64,000 nucleotides of DNA from Planctomycetota bacterium (GTDB lineage: Bacteria > Planctomycetota > UBA1135 > UBA2386): assembly GCA_014192625.1 (NCBI GenBank), contig BJHM01000008.1:66944-130943 (forward strand), read 5' to 3'. Both the position numbers and the translations under genes were made by a program. Under the pieces are notes generated by a model, which was given only the letters and a program-made list of their open reading frames with translations, did not search any database and was not told the origin of the DNA. Every line of letters starts with the position of its first letter. Positions within the stretch are counted from its first letter, which is position 1. Of the stretch, positions 29,884 to 39,490 are shown in pieces.

Positions 29884-30621
29884 TCAGGCTTGGCAGGCGG
29901 TCACCAGTGCGACTGCGACTGCGCCATTTGCTTGCAGTTGCAAAGCGCAGGCGCGCGCCGTCGCACCCGAAGTAATTACGTCGTCGATCAGCAGCACGTG
30001 CTGGCCACGGATTGCGCGTGCGGCGCGGATCGCAAACGCCCCGTCGATGTTGCTGCTGCGCGAAGTAACTCGCGGGTCGCCCTGCGGCAATGTGGCACGC
30101 ACGCGGCGTAACACGCCGGACGCAACCACGAGGTTGAGTCGGCGGCCGATTTCTATCGCCAAGAACTGCGCCTGATCGAAGCCCCGCTCCCGCAACCTCG
30201 AACGGTGCAGCGGCACGCCGACCAGAACAGCTCGCCGCCATGCGGCAGAACGCACCATTGGCAGAGCGGCAAACGCCATTTCCCGCGCCAACATTTGTCC
30301 GGCAGCAAAATCGCCATCAAACTTCAGGCGGCGAACCAACGCACCGCCGGTGCCCGCATATGCAAATGGCGCGCGCGCCCAACGCATTCCTGCCAAGGCG
30401 CGGTGATCCGAACGGCAAGCCAACCCCAGAACGAGAGTCGGTTCCCCGCAGCGCGGGCAACAATGGCTCGAGCGTTCAACCAAGTGCCGTCGACACAACT
30501 CGCAAAGCCCAGCGACACAGTCACCGCACCCTGGACAATGCGGCGGCAGCAGCAGGTCCGTGACGACGAGCCGAAGTTCGCGCCAAAAACGGCGGATCGC
30601 AGGCAGCTGGGAACGAGGCAC
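29884..30621 (-). CDS. comF: ComF family phosphoribosyltransferase-domain protein
   Basis: N-terminal double CxxC zinc-ribbon (HCPGCG ... CELC ... CCPRCG) and a PRPP-binding loop VLLIDDVITSGAT. Confidence 0.8.
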   Translation of the reverse strand: MPRSQLPAIRRFWRELRLVVTDLLLPPHCPGCGDCVAGLCELCRRHLVERSSHCCPRCGEPTLVLGLACRSDHRALAGMRWARAPFAYAGTGGALVRRLKFDGDFAAGQMLAREMAFAALPMVRSAAWRRAVLVGVPLHRSRLRERGFDQAQFLAIEIGRRLNLVVASGVLRRVRATLPQGDPRVTSRSSNIDGAFAIRAARAIRGQHVLLIDDVITSGATARACALQLQANGAVAVALVTACQA

Positions 30622-30712
30622 GACCTACTGGGAGTGACAGCCACGATTCCCGCCAAGCCAGTGCGTTTTTTCCACCTTTCCGCCGGGTTTACTCGCTTTC
30701 GCTGGGCCCTAG

Positions 30713-31273
30713 TTATCGACCCGGCAACACGATGCGACGCGCTCGGTCCGAGACCGAATTCAGCTTTGGATTGGGCGCTGTCATACCGAGCGCCAAACGC
30801 ACCTGTTGCACATACGCCTCGACCGTCATGTCCGGTGAATCTTGCACGCCGAGAACTGTGCCAACCTCCTTGGTCAGCACCATGTCCTCCGTGAACGACC
30901 AATTGGGCTGCGCCCGGAAAAATTCGCGCAGGAGGCGCTTGAAAGTGCGCCTTGAGGTGTAGGCACCAGCCCCGTAGACCACGACGGCAAACAAAACGAT
31001 GCCAAAGCACATCGCCAGCGTCGTGTATTCGTAATCCCAACGACCGACGATTTGCAGCAAGAAGCCCGTGGTCAAAAACAAGAACCCGATCACCACCTGC
31101 ATGGTGTTTAGGGCGATGTCCCTCACCTTGTCGAGGCTCTTGATGCTGGCGGCCAGCGACTCGGCCAAGGCACGCCTTGGATCGCGGAAGCGAATCGAGT
31201 TCGCAAGAAAGAACACCCCCACGACGTTGCACGTGAGGCCGACCACTGCGAGGGCGGATGGTTCCATATTCAC
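30713..31273 (-). CDS. hypothetical membrane protein
   Basis: 186 aa with three or four hydrophobic helices and a soluble tail. Its composition looks more protein-like than the overlapping 336-aa ORF in another frame. No recognisable family. Confidence 0.5.
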   Translation of the reverse strand: MNMEPSALAVVGLTCNVVGVFFLANSIRFRDPRRALAESLAASIKSLDKVRDIALNTMQVVIGFLFLTTGFLLQIVGRWDYEYTTLAMCFGIVLFAVVVYGAGAYTSRRTFKRLLREFFRAQPNWSFTEDMVLTKEVGTVLGVQDSPDMTVEAYVQQVRLALGMTAPNPKLNSVSDRARRIVLPGR

Positions 31274-31595
31274 TTACCTGCGAGGACTCTGCCAATCGAC
31301 CGGGGCATAACTTGCACCCCGGTTGCCGATGCACGGGAAGTCAAACTGTCCTCCCGCTGCGCGCCAAAAGTCTAACGATGTGTCCTGCCGTGTGCCAATG
31401 CTCCTAGGGCTTCGCTTTTTGCTGGGCTTGCGGGTGGGCCAACCGGTCAGTGCCAAACGCTCACGGCTAGTGCACGAGTCGATCCCGCGCAACGCGATCG
31501 TGAGGCATGTACGAAAGATTCACGGGTTGACAATCTGACCACCATCAGATCGCGCTGGCATGGAGCGTTGGCGGCATTAGAGTCCGCACAATCGC

Positions 31596-31895
31596 ATGCC
31601 CGCAGGCCCCTTTGCTCCCGATCCCCAAGACCTGCGCCGCCTCGTGAAGATGGCTCGGCTCTGCCTCACCGATGACCAGTCTGCTGAGCTTGGCGCCAGA
31701 ATGGCGGTGATCCTGCAGGCGTTCGCGAGTCTGCAGGCAATCGACACGCCGGCAACGCACATTGAAAACCCGGCCCCCGGCAAACCGCTGCGCGACGACA
31801 TCTGTGGCCCGCCACTCCCAGTATCGGTTGCACTCGCGAATGCGCCGCGCACTGCGGCCGACGCATTTCTAGTGCCGCGCATAATCGAAGGATGA
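31596..31895 (+). CDS. gatC: Asp-tRNA(Asn)/Glu-tRNA(Gln) amidotransferase subunit C
   Basis: 99 aa with LVKMARLCLTDDQSAELGARMAVILQAFASLQAIDT, typical of GatC. ATGA overlap with gatA. Confidence 0.85.
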   Translation: MPAGPFAPDPQDLRRLVKMARLCLTDDQSAELGARMAVILQAFASLQAIDTPATHIENPAPGKPLRDDICGPPLPVSVALANAPRTAADAFLVPRIIEG

Positions 31896-33358
31896 GCGTT
31901 TCCCACCAACTCGGTGCGCGCGCAATCGCAGCCAGGGTGCAAAGCGGCGAACTGCGCGCCAGCGACGTCGCGCAGGCCCATCTACAACGCATTCGCGAAC
32001 TCGATCCGCAGCTGCATGCATTCGTGGAACTGTGGCCGGAACGCGCTTTGCAAAGCGCTGCGGCCATCGATCGTGCACAACGTTCTGGCCAAACACTCGG
32101 GCCACTCGCCGGCGTGCCAGTGGCGATCAAAGACAATCTGCTGTGCCAAGGCCAGATCAGCGCCTGCGGCAGCAAGATGCTCGAACGATTCGTTTCGCCC
32201 TACACGGCAACTGCGGTTGCCCGGCTCGAACAACTCGGCGCGATCCTGCTCGGACGCACCAACATGGACGAGTTCGGCATGGGTAGCTCAACCGAACGCT
32301 CGGCGTTTGGTCCAACGCGCAACCCTTGGCAAATGAGCCATGTGCCGGGCGGCAGCAGTGGCGGCAGCGCAGCGGCAGTTGCGGCGGACTTTTGCCCACT
32401 GGCACTTGGTAGCGACACCGGCGGTTCGGTGCGTCAGCCGGCAGCCATGTGTGGCGTGACGGGTTTAAAGCCAACCTATGGCCGCGTGAGCCGTTCTGGA
32501 CTGGTTGCCTACGCCAGTTCGCTCGACTGCGTTGGCGTGATCGGCCGCGCAATCGAAGACGTTGCACTCGGTCTGCAAATCGCCGGTGACGACGAACGTG
32601 ATAGCACCTGCGCAAAACGCACGGTCCCGAACTACCTGCAAGAACTCGACGGACGCAAGGACCTGCGTGGCATCCGGGTTGGCATCGTGCGCGAGTTTGA
32701 AGAAGCCACTGGTGATGAAGGGATCAAGCTCGCAGTGCGCACCGCACAAGAGCAATTGCGTGCCTGCGGCGGAACGATCGTCGAGGTTGCACTGCCGAGC
32801 GTCAAACACGCCGTAGCGACCTACTACCTACTCGCATCCACCGAGGCATCCTCCAACCTCGCCCGCTACGACGGGGTCCGCTACGGCCACCGCACCGCGC
32901 ACACTCGCAGGCTCGATGAACTCTACGAGCAGAGCCGCAGCGAAGGATTTGGTGCGGAAGTGCAATTGCGCATCCTGCTCGGCACCTTCGCGCTGCAGAA
33001 GGGTTATCAAGACCAGATCTACGGTCAGGCAACCCGGGTTCGCGCAATGCTCGCCGCGGACTTTGCGTACGCCTTCACCCAGTGCGATGTGCTGGCGAGT
33101 GCGACATCGCCGATGCCGTCATTTGCACTCGGTAGCAAGCTGCAAGATCCGATTGCAATGTATTGGTGTGACGCGCTAACCGTGCCCGCAAGCCTCGCTG
33201 GACTGCCGGCACTTTCGCTGCCGTGTGGCTTTGCTGTGGAACGACTTCCTGCCGGGCTGCAACTCACGGCACCAAAGTTTGCCGAGTCGCTGCTGCTGCA
33301 AGTCGGATCGGTGTTTCAGCAGCAGACCAATTGGCACTTGCAGCGGCCGCTGTCATGA
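31892..33358 (+). CDS. gatA: Asp-tRNA(Asn)/Glu-tRNA(Gln) amidotransferase subunit A
   Basis: Amidase signature GGSSGGSAAAVA and PVAIKDN. 488 aa. Confidence 0.95.
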   Translation: MSVSHQLGARAIAARVQSGELRASDVAQAHLQRIRELDPQLHAFVELWPERALQSAAAIDRAQRSGQTLGPLAGVPVAIKDNLLCQGQISACGSKMLERFVSPYTATAVARLEQLGAILLGRTNMDEFGMGSSTERSAFGPTRNPWQMSHVPGGSSGGSAAAVAADFCPLALGSDTGGSVRQPAAMCGVTGLKPTYGRVSRSGLVAYASSLDCVGVIGRAIEDVALGLQIAGDDERDSTCAKRTVPNYLQELDGRKDLRGIRVGIVREFEEATGDEGIKLAVRTAQEQLRACGGTIVEVALPSVKHAVATYYLLASTEASSNLARYDGVRYGHRTAHTRRLDELYEQSRSEGFGAEVQLRILLGTFALQKGYQDQIYGQATRVRAMLAADFAYAFTQCDVLASATSPMPSFALGSKLQDPIAMYWCDALTVPASLAGLPALSLPCGFAVERLPAGLQLTAPKFAESLLLQVGSVFQQQTNWHLQRPLS

Positions 33359-34770
33359 GCGGGCTGATCCCAACCATCGGCCTCGAGGTGCACGTGCAAT
33401 TGCGCACGCAATCGAAGTTGTTCTCACCAGCGCCAAACGCCGCCGGCGACCAGCCCAATACTCGCGTGGATGTGGTCGATCTCGGCCTGCCTGGCACGCT
33501 GCCTGTGATCAATGCACGCGCCATCGCCCTCGCCGTGCGCGCGGCAATTGCCTTTGGCGGCGAGGTGCAACCCGTGTCGCACTTTGCGCGCAAACACTAC
33601 TTCTACCCAGACCTCCCCAAGGGCTACCAGATCAGTCAGTATGAGGACCCTTACTGTCGCGGCGGCAGCGTGCCACTGGGCAACAACCGGGCTTGCAAGC
33701 TGACGCGCATTCATCTGGAGGAAGACGCGGGCAAGCTGATCCATACCGACGCTGGCACGCTGATCGACCTGAATCGCGCTGGTGTGCCGCTGATCGAAAT
33801 CGTCGGCGAACCGGAGCTGCATGATCCCGCCGATGCGCATGCGTTCTTGCTGCAGCTACGCGAGATCGTCCGATTTACTGGCGTATCCGATGGCGACATG
33901 GAACTCGGCTCGCTGCGCTGCGACGCCAACATCTCGATGGCAGCCGTTGGTGCGCCCCTCGGCACCAAGGTTGAGATCAAAAACCTCAACTCGCTCAAGA
34001 TGGTACAGCGCGCACTGGAATACGAAATACGCCGGCAGACTGCGGTGCTCGCCACCGGCGGGCTGATCAGGCAGGAAACCAGGCTGTGGAACGATGAGCA
34101 GGCGGAAACGCGACCGATGCGCAGCAAGGAGATGGCCGATGATTATCGCTATTTCCCCGATCCTGACCTATTGCCACTCTGCTGCGACGAATCACTCATT
34201 GCAAACGAACGCGCCAACCTCAGTGAGTTGCCCGCCGCGCGCCGCGAACGGTACCGCACAACTTTTGGCCTGCCCGAACACGATGTCACAGTGCTGACCA
34301 GTGAGCGAGTGCTCGGCGACTACTTCGAGAGTCTTGCCATTGCCGCAGGTGAAGTAAAAGCCGCCAGCAACTGGGTCATGACGGACGTGCTACAGGCGGT
34401 GAGGGATCGAAATCTTGCGTTGGAGAACTTTCCGGTAAAGCCCGCAGCACTCGGCGAACTGCTACGCAGCATCGCTCGCGGCGAGCTGACCATGGTGTCC
34501 GCCAAGCAAGCATTTGCCCGCATGTTGGACCGCGGCGAAGACGCCCATACCGCAATCGAAACTCTCGGACTGCACAAGATCACCGAAGAAAGCGTGCTAG
34601 CGCCGCTGGTCGCCGCCGCCATCGCTGCGTTGCCCGCGGCCACAGCGGACATCAAGCGCGGCCAGATGCGCGCACTCGATGCGCTGAAGGGACACGTCAT
34701 GCGCGCCACCCGCGGTCGCGCCGATCCGACGGCGGTCGATCGACTACTGAAGCAGCAACTCGGCAGTTAA
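33355..34770 (+). CDS. gatB: Asp-tRNA(Asn)/Glu-tRNA(Gln) amidotransferase subunit B
   Basis: ATG 33355 (ATGA overlap with the gatA stop) gives MSGLIPTIGLEVHVQL. Also KHYFYPDLPKGYQISQ and a C-terminal YqeY-like tail. Confidence 0.95.
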   Translation: MSGLIPTIGLEVHVQLRTQSKLFSPAPNAAGDQPNTRVDVVDLGLPGTLPVINARAIALAVRAAIAFGGEVQPVSHFARKHYFYPDLPKGYQISQYEDPYCRGGSVPLGNNRACKLTRIHLEEDAGKLIHTDAGTLIDLNRAGVPLIEIVGEPELHDPADAHAFLLQLREIVRFTGVSDGDMELGSLRCDANISMAAVGAPLGTKVEIKNLNSLKMVQRALEYEIRRQTAVLATGGLIRQETRLWNDEQAETRPMRSKEMADDYRYFPDPDLLPLCCDESLIANERANLSELPAARRERYRTTFGLPEHDVTVLTSERVLGDYFESLAIAAGEVKAASNWVMTDVLQAVRDRNLALENFPVKPAALGELLRSIARGELTMVSAKQAFARMLDRGEDAHTAIETLGLHKITEESVLAPLVAAAIAALPAATADIKRGQMRALDALKGHVMRATRGRADPTAVDRLLKQQLGS

Positions 34771-34881
34771 TAAATTTCCCCAGATCCTCGATGGCGGCGG
34801 TTCGAAAGTGCCCCGCTTTCAACGTCACAAACCAACTGACATTCTCCTTTACTGGCTCGGCATCCGCCGCGCCTCATTCGT

Positions 34882-35820
34882 ATGCAGCACGCGCTCATTC
34901 TCGACGGTGTCACGAAGCGCTTTGGCGACTTCACCGCCGTTGATCAACTCTCCTTGCAGATCCCGAAAGGCTGCATCTACGGCTTCCTCGGCCAGAACGG
35001 CGCCGGCAAGACCACCACCATTCGCATGGTGATGAGCATCTTTCATCCGGATGAAGGTTCCATCACCGTGCTCGGCAAGCCTGATGCTGCGTCGCTGAAG
35101 GATCGGCTTGGCTACCTGCCGGAAGAGAAGGGGCTCTACAAGAAGATGCGGACCGCGGAGATCGTTGCCTACTTCGGCAAGCTGAAGGGCATGGACAGCA
35201 CCACCGCCAATCTGAAAGCGCGCGAGCTGCTGACTACCTATGGCCTAGGCGAGTGGCTCGATAAGAAATGTGAGTCGCTGAGCAAGGGCATGGGCCAGAA
35301 GGTTCAGCTGCTCGGCACGTTGATCCATGATCCCGAACTGGTAATCCTCGATGAACCGTTCAGCGGGCTGGACCCTGTTAATCGCGATTTGATGCGCGAC
35401 ACGATCCTGCGCATGAAGCACGAAGGCCGCACGGTGATCTTCAGCACGCACGTAATGGAGCAGGCAGAACAGCTCTGCGACCATGTGATGATGTTGCACA
35501 GGTCAAAGCTGCAGTTCGCCGGTCCGCTCGGCGAGATCAAGCAGGGCCGCGAGTTCAGTATCCAGCTCGACTACGACGGCGACGGTCGAGTGCTGCAACA
35601 ACTGCCCGGCGCGATCCGCGTCAATGACCACGGCAAGCAGGCTGAAATCTTCCTGCAGCATGGCGATGACCCGCAATTGGCGCTGCGCTGGCTCATCGAA
35701 CGAATCACGATCCGTCGCTTCGAATATCGCGCCCCTACCTTGCACGAAATCTTCGTCCGCACCGTCGAATCTGCGAACCAGAAATTGGCCAACAAGGCCA
35801 GCACTGAAGGAGCGCGCTGA
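34882..35820 (+). CDS. ABC transporter ATP-binding protein (ABC-2/NatA-like)
   Basis: Walker A GQNGAGKTTT, signature LSKGMGQK, Walker B LVILDEP. Confidence 0.9.
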   Translation: MQHALILDGVTKRFGDFTAVDQLSLQIPKGCIYGFLGQNGAGKTTTIRMVMSIFHPDEGSITVLGKPDAASLKDRLGYLPEEKGLYKKMRTAEIVAYFGKLKGMDSTTANLKARELLTTYGLGEWLDKKCESLSKGMGQKVQLLGTLIHDPELVILDEPFSGLDPVNRDLMRDTILRMKHEGRTVIFSTHVMEQAEQLCDHVMMLHRSKLQFAGPLGEIKQGREFSIQLDYDGDGRVLQQLPGAIRVNDHGKQAEIFLQHGDDPQLALRWLIERITIRRFEYRAPTLHEIFVRTVESANQKLANKASTEGAR

Positions 35821-35822
35821 AC

Positions 35823-37319
35823 ATGGCAAACAAAACCATCCTCGTCGCGCAACGCGAATACCTCGAGAACGTCCGCACCAAGACGTTCTGGATCGGCATC
35901 ATCGCATTCCCGGTAATCATCGCGATCTCGATCAGCGCCGGCTGGATCCTCAACAAACTGAAGCAGCAACAGTCGTATGCAGTGCTCGACCTCAGCGCCC
36001 AGAAGATCGCTGATCGGATCGAACGCGCGGCGCGAACTCCAGACCTACTGGCACTTGGCAAACTGCTAAAGAGCAACGAGCAACTACCGGCCGCCTTGCA
36101 GCGCGCCAAGGCCGGCATGAAAAATGCGCTGCCAATCAATGGCAGCAATGAGGAAGCGAACCCGCCGGAGGAAGTGTTGATTGACTTGATGCAGGTCATG
36201 CGAGAGCTACCCGCTTCAGATCTCGACACACTGATTGCGAGCAACAAGGGCATGTCCACGGCCCGCAAATACGAGCACCAGAGCCTGCAGCAACTCGGCC
36301 TCGACACTCTTGAACCGGCCGTGCAGAAAAAGCGCCTCAACGAGCTCGTCGAGAAGGGCACTCTATTCGCGTTCTTCGAAATCGGCGTGGCCCCGCTTAC
36401 CAGCCTCGGCGACTTCAACTACGTCTCCAACAACCTCACTGACGGGGCGCTGCGAGATTGGTACGGCGAAGCGGCGACACGCGTAGTGCAAAGCCTGCGA
36501 ATCAAAGACGCCAAGCTCGATCCGAAAGTCGCCCAGGCGATCGCCGAACAGGTCCGCTTTCGCGAACAAAAGGTCGGCAAGGATGGCGATGCACAAGACG
36601 TGAAGTCCGGCGAGAAGGCCAATAAGTACGCGCCATTTGGCTTCGTCTACCTGTTGTGGGTCGCAATCTTCACGGCAGCACAAATGCTGCTGACCAACAC
36701 CGTCGAAGAGAAAAGCAACCGCATCATCGAGGTGCTGCTCAGCTCGGTATCGCCACTGGAACTGATGTCCGGCAAAATCTGGGGCATCGCGGCAACCGGT
36801 CTCACCATCGTTGGCTCCTGGGTGGTCTGCACCTTGCTCGGCGTTTGGCTCGCGCCACGACTGATCACCGGCATGGATTTTCCGCTCATGGAAGTGATCG
36901 GCGATCCGCTCTATCTGATCTCGTTCGTCGCCTACTTCCTTGGCGGCTACCTACTCTTCGCCGCGATCCTGGTTGGGCTTGGCTCCGTTACCAACAGCCT
37001 GAAAGAAGCGCAAAACCTGCTGCAACCAGTCTTCGTGCTGATGATGGTGCCGCTCGTCTCGATGTTCTTTGTCGTGCAGGAGCCAAACGGCACGGTTGCA
37101 AAGGTGCTGAGCTACATCCCGCTCTTCACGCCATTCACGATGATGAACCGGGCTGGTGGCCCACCTGCAGCCTATGAATATGTGATCACGGGTCTGCTGT
37201 TGCTCGTCAGCGTCATCGTCGCATTCCGACTTGCGGGCAAGGTTTTCCGCATCGGGGTATTGATGACCGGCAACCCACCCAAGTTGCGCGAGATCCTCGG
37301 GTGGCTACGCGCGAAGTGA
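35823..37319 (+). CDS. ABC-2 type transporter permease (NatB-like) with large extracytoplasmic loop
   Basis: Starts 3 nt after the ATPase stop. One N-terminal TM helix, a hydrophilic loop of about 240 aa, then five or six TM helices. Confidence 0.8.
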   Translation: MANKTILVAQREYLENVRTKTFWIGIIAFPVIIAISISAGWILNKLKQQQSYAVLDLSAQKIADRIERAARTPDLLALGKLLKSNEQLPAALQRAKAGMKNALPINGSNEEANPPEEVLIDLMQVMRELPASDLDTLIASNKGMSTARKYEHQSLQQLGLDTLEPAVQKKRLNELVEKGTLFAFFEIGVAPLTSLGDFNYVSNNLTDGALRDWYGEAATRVVQSLRIKDAKLDPKVAQAIAEQVRFREQKVGKDGDAQDVKSGEKANKYAPFGFVYLLWVAIFTAAQMLLTNTVEEKSNRIIEVLLSSVSPLELMSGKIWGIAATGLTIVGSWVVCTLLGVWLAPRLITGMDFPLMEVIGDPLYLISFVAYFLGGYLLFAAILVGLGSVTNSLKEAQNLLQPVFVLMMVPLVSMFFVVQEPNGTVAKVLSYIPLFTPFTMMNRAGGPPAAYEYVITGLLLLVSVIVAFRLAGKVFRIGVLMTGNPPKLREILGWLRAK

Positions 37320-37393
37320 TTCGCGGTCGGGGCTGCGCAGCCGGTAGCCCTTAAGCGGTGCCCCCAGTGCAGCGCTGAATCACCGCCGCTGAA

Positions 37394-38776
37394 TCAGTGC
37401 GGCCGAATAAAGCAGCCATAGAAGTCAATCCGCTGCACGGATTCGACACTGTAGTCGCGCTCTATTAACGACCAAAGGCCTTCAAACGGAGGGCCATAGT
37501 TGCTCAGGATGGCCGCCGCTTCCTTGGTGAACAGGATCGGCATGTCTTGCTTCGTCATCAGTTCGCTAAACCACTGCTTTGGCGTCTTTCCTTCACGTTG
37601 CGCTAGCAGGTAGAAGCCGAGCAGGCGATCCAGTTCGAGGATGACGACTTCATCTACGCGCGATCGTGCCGCATCACGCTCCTTCGTCGTTGCGACCAAC
37701 ACGAAGTTGCCCTCGGTGCGCAACGTCTGCAAACCTTCGCAAAAGCCAACCGAGCCAGGCTGCGGCCAGTGTGGCTTTGCCAGCGCAACACTGAGCAGCG
37801 CGCCAAGGATCATCGCGGCAAACAACGTGCGGCCAGCGAGCAACTGCAACGCGGTAACGACTGCCGGCACCGCAAGCGAAAGAAAATACATGCCATCTTC
37901 GTCGGCACCGATCGAACCAAGTAGCAACACAGAAAGCGGCAGGTGCAACACGACAAACAACAACGTGATCAAGGCAAAGGCGCGACTCCGCTTGGCAAAC
38001 AGGCCGACGATCGCAATCAAAGACCAAGGGGCATACGACAAAAGCCATTCGCGCCAGAACACGATTGCTGTTTTGCTGAGATCCAAAGTATCAAACCGTT
38101 CGAGCAGATGCTGCCATGCATCCACCGCTTGGCCACGCGCACCGACACCAGAAACCACCGCCACAAGCACCGCAACCAGGCCATGCGTCGTCGCAGCAAG
38201 CACCAATGGCACGAGTCGCGCACCGCTTGGGGCAAGGCGCAGCACCGTTGCTGCAATGACAAACATGGGCAGCAAGAGGTGACCAAATGCGTGCACGCCC
38301 GCAGAAAGCCCGGTGCAGAGGCCAAGGATCACCGCAGCAGAGTAAGTGCGGCGTTCACCAAAACGCGCAAAGCTCCACCATGCCAGCCCCGAGGCGCCAG
38401 ATGCAACGCCACCGATCTCTGCGGCAGTGGCAAAGTAAAACAACGAAGGAACGCACACGAGTCCGAGCGGCAGCAGGACTTCGCTTTGGGCAAAGCCGAC
38501 CAGTCGCTTTGCCGCGGCACTCGCAAACGCCAGGCCTGCCGCGGCGGATACCGCCGAAAGCACGAGCAGCGCCGTGTATGGCCTTGCCCCTGGCAGTAGC
38601 AAGATCTGATACATGAACCGCGCCAATTGCATGTAGAGCGGGTGGCGCGGGTATTCCTGATGGCCTTGCTCAAGCCACACCACAAAGAAGTGGGTGTCCA
38701 TTGAGTGCGGCACGCGCTGAGGCAATGCGAGGAACAAAGCGAGACAAGCTAGGAAACACAAAAACGAGCGTCGCAC
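37394..38776 (-). CDS. polytopic membrane protein, possibly GT-C-type glycosyltransferase-like
   Basis: About 12 hydrophobic helices followed by a soluble C-terminal domain of about 110 aa. GTG 38774-38776 shares one base with the upstream methyltransferase stop. The ORF-track start at 38830 would overlap it by 55 nt. The function guess is weak. Confidence 0.5.
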   Translation of the reverse strand: MRRSFLCFLACLALFLALPQRVPHSMDTHFFVVWLEQGHQEYPRHPLYMQLARFMYQILLLPGARPYTALLVLSAVSAAAGLAFASAAAKRLVGFAQSEVLLPLGLVCVPSLFYFATAAEIGGVASGASGLAWWSFARFGERRTYSAAVILGLCTGLSAGVHAFGHLLLPMFVIAATVLRLAPSGARLVPLVLAATTHGLVAVLVAVVSGVGARGQAVDAWQHLLERFDTLDLSKTAIVFWREWLLSYAPWSLIAIVGLFAKRSRAFALITLLFVVLHLPLSVLLLGSIGADEDGMYFLSLAVPAVVTALQLLAGRTLFAAMILGALLSVALAKPHWPQPGSVGFCEGLQTLRTEGNFVLVATTKERDAARSRVDEVVILELDRLLGFYLLAQREGKTPKQWFSELMTKQDMPILFTKEAAAILSNYGPPFEGLWSLIERDYSVESVQRIDFYGCFIRPH

Positions 38777-39480
38777 TACGGCTGCCGCAGCACGCAGTAG
38801 TGCATGCTGCCCCATTCTACGCCTGCCCAAGTATCGGCCTCGGCGTACAAAAGCTCGCCGCCAGCGGCCAAAAATAGGGCCTCTACCGAAGCCTGTGATT
38901 GACCATGGATCTCGATGCAGGCTTCGCCAGCAACTTCGTCTACTCGCGATATTGAGTCGAGGACAGGCGTTGTTGGCACTGTGGGTATCTGCACGAACAG
39001 CACGCCACCAGGGCGCAAAACGCGCAGGAACTCGCGCAAATAGCCCTGCTGGAAATCAGCCCGCATGTGCTGCAGCACGAGCACCGTAAGCACAAAATCA
39101 AACGAGGCAGACGGGAACACCGCCAAGTCAGGCACAGGATTGTAGACGTATGCCACACGCTCGCCAAAGCGGTTGTGTTTGCGTGCGGCTAACACCATTG
39201 CCTCGGCGGCATCCACGCCAACGACCTTGGCAAAGTGGCGCGTCAACGCCTGCGTTAGTCGACCATAGCCGCAACCAAAGTCGAGCGCAGAACCGCGCGC
39301 CACATCGATCCGTCGCTGGTGCAGGGCTTCACCGATGTAGTTGATGAAGCCTTCGCCGCTGCGGAAGAACTCGTCTAGGTTCCAGCGACCGCCTTGCTTG
39401 CCTTCATCAGAAAGAATCGCCCAGAGCGGATCGGTGGTAGCGAGGTTTTGCCAGTTGCGCAAAAGTCGATCGAAGTCCAT
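38776..39480 (-). CDS. class I SAM-dependent methyltransferase
   Basis: ATG 39478-39480, 10 nt after the guaA stop. Motif I ALDFGCGYGRLT and post-I/II blocks (VVGVDAAEAM, FDFVLTVLVLQH). Confidence 0.8.
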   Translation of the reverse strand: MDFDRLLRNWQNLATTDPLWAILSDEGKQGGRWNLDEFFRSGEGFINYIGEALHQRRIDVARGSALDFGCGYGRLTQALTRHFAKVVGVDAAEAMVLAARKHNRFGERVAYVYNPVPDLAVFPSASFDFVLTVLVLQHMRADFQQGYLREFLRVLRPGGVLFVQIPTVPTTPVLDSISRVDEVAGEACIEIHGQSQASVEALFLAAGGELLYAEADTWAGVEWGSMHYCVLRQP

Positions 39481-39490
39481 TTCCCCTCGG

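Noticed and set aside
29276-31334. 321-aa and 336-aa minus-strand ORFs (29276-30241, 30324-31334) overlapping the HAD, comF and hypothetical membrane genes
   Set aside because: They compete with ORFs that have clear family motifs (PRPP loop, HAD motifs) or clean TM helices. Their translations are Arg/Gly/Ala-rich and featureless.
34790-34830. tRNA-like T-loop strings (GGTTCGAAAG at about 34800; GAGTCGATCCC at about 31475)
   Set aside because: The flanking bases cannot form the T-stem, acceptor or anticodon arms. I could fold no tRNA cloverleaf anywhere in the intergenic regions by eye. tRNAscan-SE or Aragorn would settle it.
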